Source: a bacterium (lineage in GTDB: Bacteria > CLD3 > SB21). Taken from it: a stretch of 64,000 bases of DNA. Below the pieces are notes generated by a model. The model did not search any database and was not told the origin of the DNA. It worked only from the letters and a program-made list of their open reading frames with translations. A program made the translations under genes and the position numbers. The stretch lies in contig JABWCP010000004.1 in assembly GCA_013360215.1 (NCBI GenBank), forward strand, positions 62,001 through 126,000, read 5' to 3'. Of the stretch, positions 61,235 through 64,000 are shown piece by piece. Within the stretch, counting starts at the first letter, position 1, and each line of letters opens with the position of its first letter.

Positions 61235-63295
61235 ATGTATAAACTCTTTTTTCTAAGTATATTGATGTTTTCCTGTAACAATGAAATGGTCTACAAACAA
61301 AACTTGTTAAATGCAAAAATAGAAAGAAAAAATAAAGAAATATATAAGCTTTTAAATAAAGAATCTGAAACAGAACGATTAAATGCTGTTCGGTGTTTAG
61401 GTGAACTTCAGGATAGTAATAGTATTCTTCTTATCGAAGAAAAAATCAAAACAGAAAAATCTGATTTAGTGTATAATGCTTATTTATTTTCATTAGGACA
61501 ATTAGGTTTTCTTAATAATCATAATCTAAACTTAAGAATAGAAAAATTCCTTATAGAACAAATTGAACCTAATAAAGATACACAGTATCAATTATATGTA
61601 GATGCATTAAGTAAAGTAGGGTATCAAAATTCAATAATAAAAATTTTAGAAATTGCAAAAAAAGATACAAATCCCACTTTAAAGAAACATGTTAATTTGA
61701 GTTTAGCAAGACTAGCAAATAGAAATCAAAAAAATATAAACGTAATTACGTATCTTAATGAAAGTATTACCAGTAAAAACGATGATGTACGATGGTCAGC
61801 CGCCTATGCATATATGCGTATATCTGACACAAATACAGTAAAGTATATTTTAAACTATGTAAAAGATAGTGATCCACGAGTTCGTATGGATATAGTACGT
61901 GCAATCGGAAATATGAAGATCAATAAAACCAATGAATTCTATAAAACAACGATAAATACGTTGATTGAAATTCTGCATAATGACCCAGATTGGCGTGTCC
62001 GATCCAACGCAGCCTCTAGTCTCGGGAATTATAAATTTGATTTCGAAGATATTAAGAAGATTTATTATTTAACGGCCTTAGAAAAAACAAAAGATAAAAA
62101 TGAACACGTAAGAATAAGTGCAATACGATCGATAGCAAAAAGTTATTCTGGTGATATAAAACCTAACAACGTATTTCTTGATGATTTGTTTGATCGTTAT
62201 TTAACGAATACCGATAAAAACATGGAAAACGCTGAATTTTTTAATGCGCTTTGTTTTATGTTTGGAAATAAGCTTTTAGAAAACGGCGAATTTATCGAAT
62301 ATTGTAAAAAAGTGAATCAAATAAAAAACGCATATGTTAGAGCTAAAATATTTGAATCATTATCTAACCTCACATCTCCAGATTTGATGGTTTATTATAA
62401 AACAGCATTAAATGATTCATTTTTACTTGTTCGATATCAAACGATCGAGGGTTTGAGTAAAATTAATAATAACGAAGCAAGGGATTTAATTTTTCAATCT
62501 ATTAATACGAGCGATCCTACATTGTTATCGATCGTTGCAGGAAAAATTGCCGAAGATACAGTATATCGAAAAGATGACAGCAAAAAGGAAGCCCTAACAA
62601 AAAAGATTATACAGGCTTTTGAATCAATTCGAAAACCGTTTGATACGGAAGGAAAAATAGGTGTTATAGATGCTCTGATCCAGATTAACCATAAAAGCTC
62701 TTATCCCTTCATAAAAACTTTTATCAAAGATCCTGAAAACAAAATTTCTACATACGCCGCCGAACAACTCGAAAAAACAACCGGTGTCTCTTATAAAGAC
62801 TCCTTGCCAAAAACAAATTCTAATACATCTTTAGACTACAAAAAATTAGATCAAATTTTTGTGAAAAAACCAAAAGCGAAAATTCATACATCCAAAGGAT
62901 TAATTGAATTGGTTTTCCATACAAGTGAAGCACCTATAAGTGTTTTAAATTTTGTTGAATTAGCTGAAAAAAAATATTTTGAAGGCGTTTATTTTCATCG
63001 CGTTGTTCCCAACTTTGTAATTCAAACCGGCGATCCGACGGGAACCGGTTGGGGCGGTCCAGGATATTCGATAGTATCAGAGTATAATACATTACATTAT
63101 TCACGAGGTGTAGTCGGAATGGCTAGTGCGGGTAAAGATACCGAAGGCTCACAATGGTTTATAACTCATTCAGATCAGACGCATCTTGATGGGAGGTATT
63201 CTATTTTTGCAAGTGTAGAGAACGGGATGGATGTTGTAGATCAAATACAAGTCGGCGATCAAGTAAAAAAAATAGAAATAGTGTGGAATGAATAA
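61235..63295 (+). CDS. Lipoprotein with HEAT repeats and a C-terminal cyclophilin-type PPIase
   Basis: Lipobox-like LMFSC; HEAT-like DDVRWSAAYA, DPRVR, DWRVRSNAA; FHRVVPNFVIQTGDP, GMASAGKDTEGSQWFI, HLDG. Confidence 0.9.
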   Translation: MYKLFFLSILMFSCNNEMVYKQNLLNAKIERKNKEIYKLLNKESETERLNAVRCLGELQDSNSILLIEEKIKTEKSDLVYNAYLFSLGQLGFLNNHNLNLRIEKFLIEQIEPNKDTQYQLYVDALSKVGYQNSIIKILEIAKKDTNPTLKKHVNLSLARLANRNQKNINVITYLNESITSKNDDVRWSAAYAYMRISDTNTVKYILNYVKDSDPRVRMDIVRAIGNMKINKTNEFYKTTINTLIEILHNDPDWRVRSNAASSLGNYKFDFEDIKKIYYLTALEKTKDKNEHVRISAIRSIAKSYSGDIKPNNVFLDDLFDRYLTNTDKNMENAEFFNALCFMFGNKLLENGEFIEYCKKVNQIKNAYVRAKIFESLSNLTSPDLMVYYKTALNDSFLLVRYQTIEGLSKINNNEARDLIFQSINTSDPTLLSIVAGKIAEDTVYRKDDSKKEALTKKIIQAFESIRKPFDTEGKIGVIDALIQINHKSSYPFIKTFIKDPENKISTYAAEQLEKTTGVSYKDSLPKTNSNTSLDYKKLDQIFVKKPKAKIHTSKGLIELVFHTSEAPISVLNFVELAEKKYFEGVYFHRVVPNFVIQTGDPTGTGWGGPGYSIVSEYNTLHYSRGVVGMASAGKDTEGSQWFITHSDQTHLDGRYSIFASVENGMDVVDQIQVGDQVKKIEIVWNE

Positions 63296-63298
63296 TGC

Positions 63299-64000
63299 TT
63301 ATTCATTCAAATTCTTAACGAATAACAAACAAACCTGATTATATAAAAACATACCAGCTTGATTTAAAAAAACAACATCTGAATTGTTATTTATATAAGG
63401 TTCCGATTCGTAAAGGGCTTTTTCAAACTTCGCGTCAAAAGAAATACCGAACGTATCCAAAAAAACTTTTTTATTAATACCCCTTTTTTGTCTCAAGTTT
63501 AAAAAAACAAACTCGGTTATTCTTTCATTTATATTTAAATCCTCCTCGGCTTCAATTATTTTTTGGTTTTCAATTCCTGCGTAAGCAATGTATGTAGACA
63601 GATCGCGTACATTCCACCATCGTCGCGAGTTATCGAAGCTATGTGCAGATGGGCCAAACCCTAAGTATGAAAGCCCATTCCAATACGATGAGTTATGTTT
63701 AGACTCAAACCCATCCTTTGCAAAATTAGATATTTCGTAATGAGAATAACCTGATTTTTCAAGATATTCCGAAAGCCAAGAAAACATTTCAAATTCTCTT
63801 TCATCGTCAAGAAGAACAACTTTTTTCGATTTTACCATTTTATGGAGATAGGTTCGTTCTTCAATGGTCAGGTTGTAAATCGAAATATGCTCGGGATCCA
63901 TTTTGATTATACCCGTAACCGTATTTTGCAGATTTTCCAATGTTTGTCCCGGCAAGCCAAAAATAACATCAACACTGATGTTTTTAAAACCGGCTTTTCT
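63299..64000 (-). CDS. hemW: Radical SAM heme chaperone HemW (5' end outside the window)
   Basis: Frame open to the edge (AGFKNISVDVIFGLPGQT); HISIYNLTIE, YEISNFA, HNSSYW, GFGPSAHS. Confidence 0.88.
   Translation of the reverse strand, partial: RKAGFKNISVDVIFGLPGQTLENLQNTVTGIIKMDPEHISIYNLTIEERTYLHKMVKSKKVVLLDDEREFEMFSWLSEYLEKSGYSHYEISNFAKDGFESKHNSSYWNGLSYLGFGPSAHSFDNSRRWWNVRDLSTYIAYAGIENQKIIEAEEDLNINERITEFVFLNLRQKRGINKKVFLDTFGISFDAKFEKALYESEPYINNNSDVVFLNQAGMFLYNQVCLLFVKNLNE

Overview
Chromosomal core region of a Gram-negative bacterium, probably of the FCB superphylum outside the classical Bacteroidetes (inferred from SprA, BshB1/BshC, a GlmU-like protein and sigma70-type promoters). It holds about 50 CDS and spans the replication-origin neighbourhood: dnaA <- -> rpmH-yidD-yidC-mnmE-(two perfect parS sites)-mnmG-rsmG-sprA. 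I found no tRNA, rRNA, CRISPR array or mobile element. Main observations: (1) the best origin-unwinding signature (tandem DnaA-box-like 9-mers, a (CTA)5 DnaA-trio run and an AT-rich tract) lies at about 61.0-61.2 kb between sprA and a PPIase gene, roughly 14 kb from dnaA; (2) a transketolase-like enzyme carries a Lys/Arg-rich tail with two AT-hook motifs conserved at protein level; (3) rnpA, dnaN and parAB are missing from their usual positions; (4) GC content falls markedly toward the parS/origin side; (5) a 923-aa orphan is translationally coupled to an acyl-CoA ligase and precedes two orphan DppA-like binding proteins; (6) dispersed bacillithiol genes, with a methyltransferase next to bshB1. 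All calls come from motif recognition by eye, not database searches.
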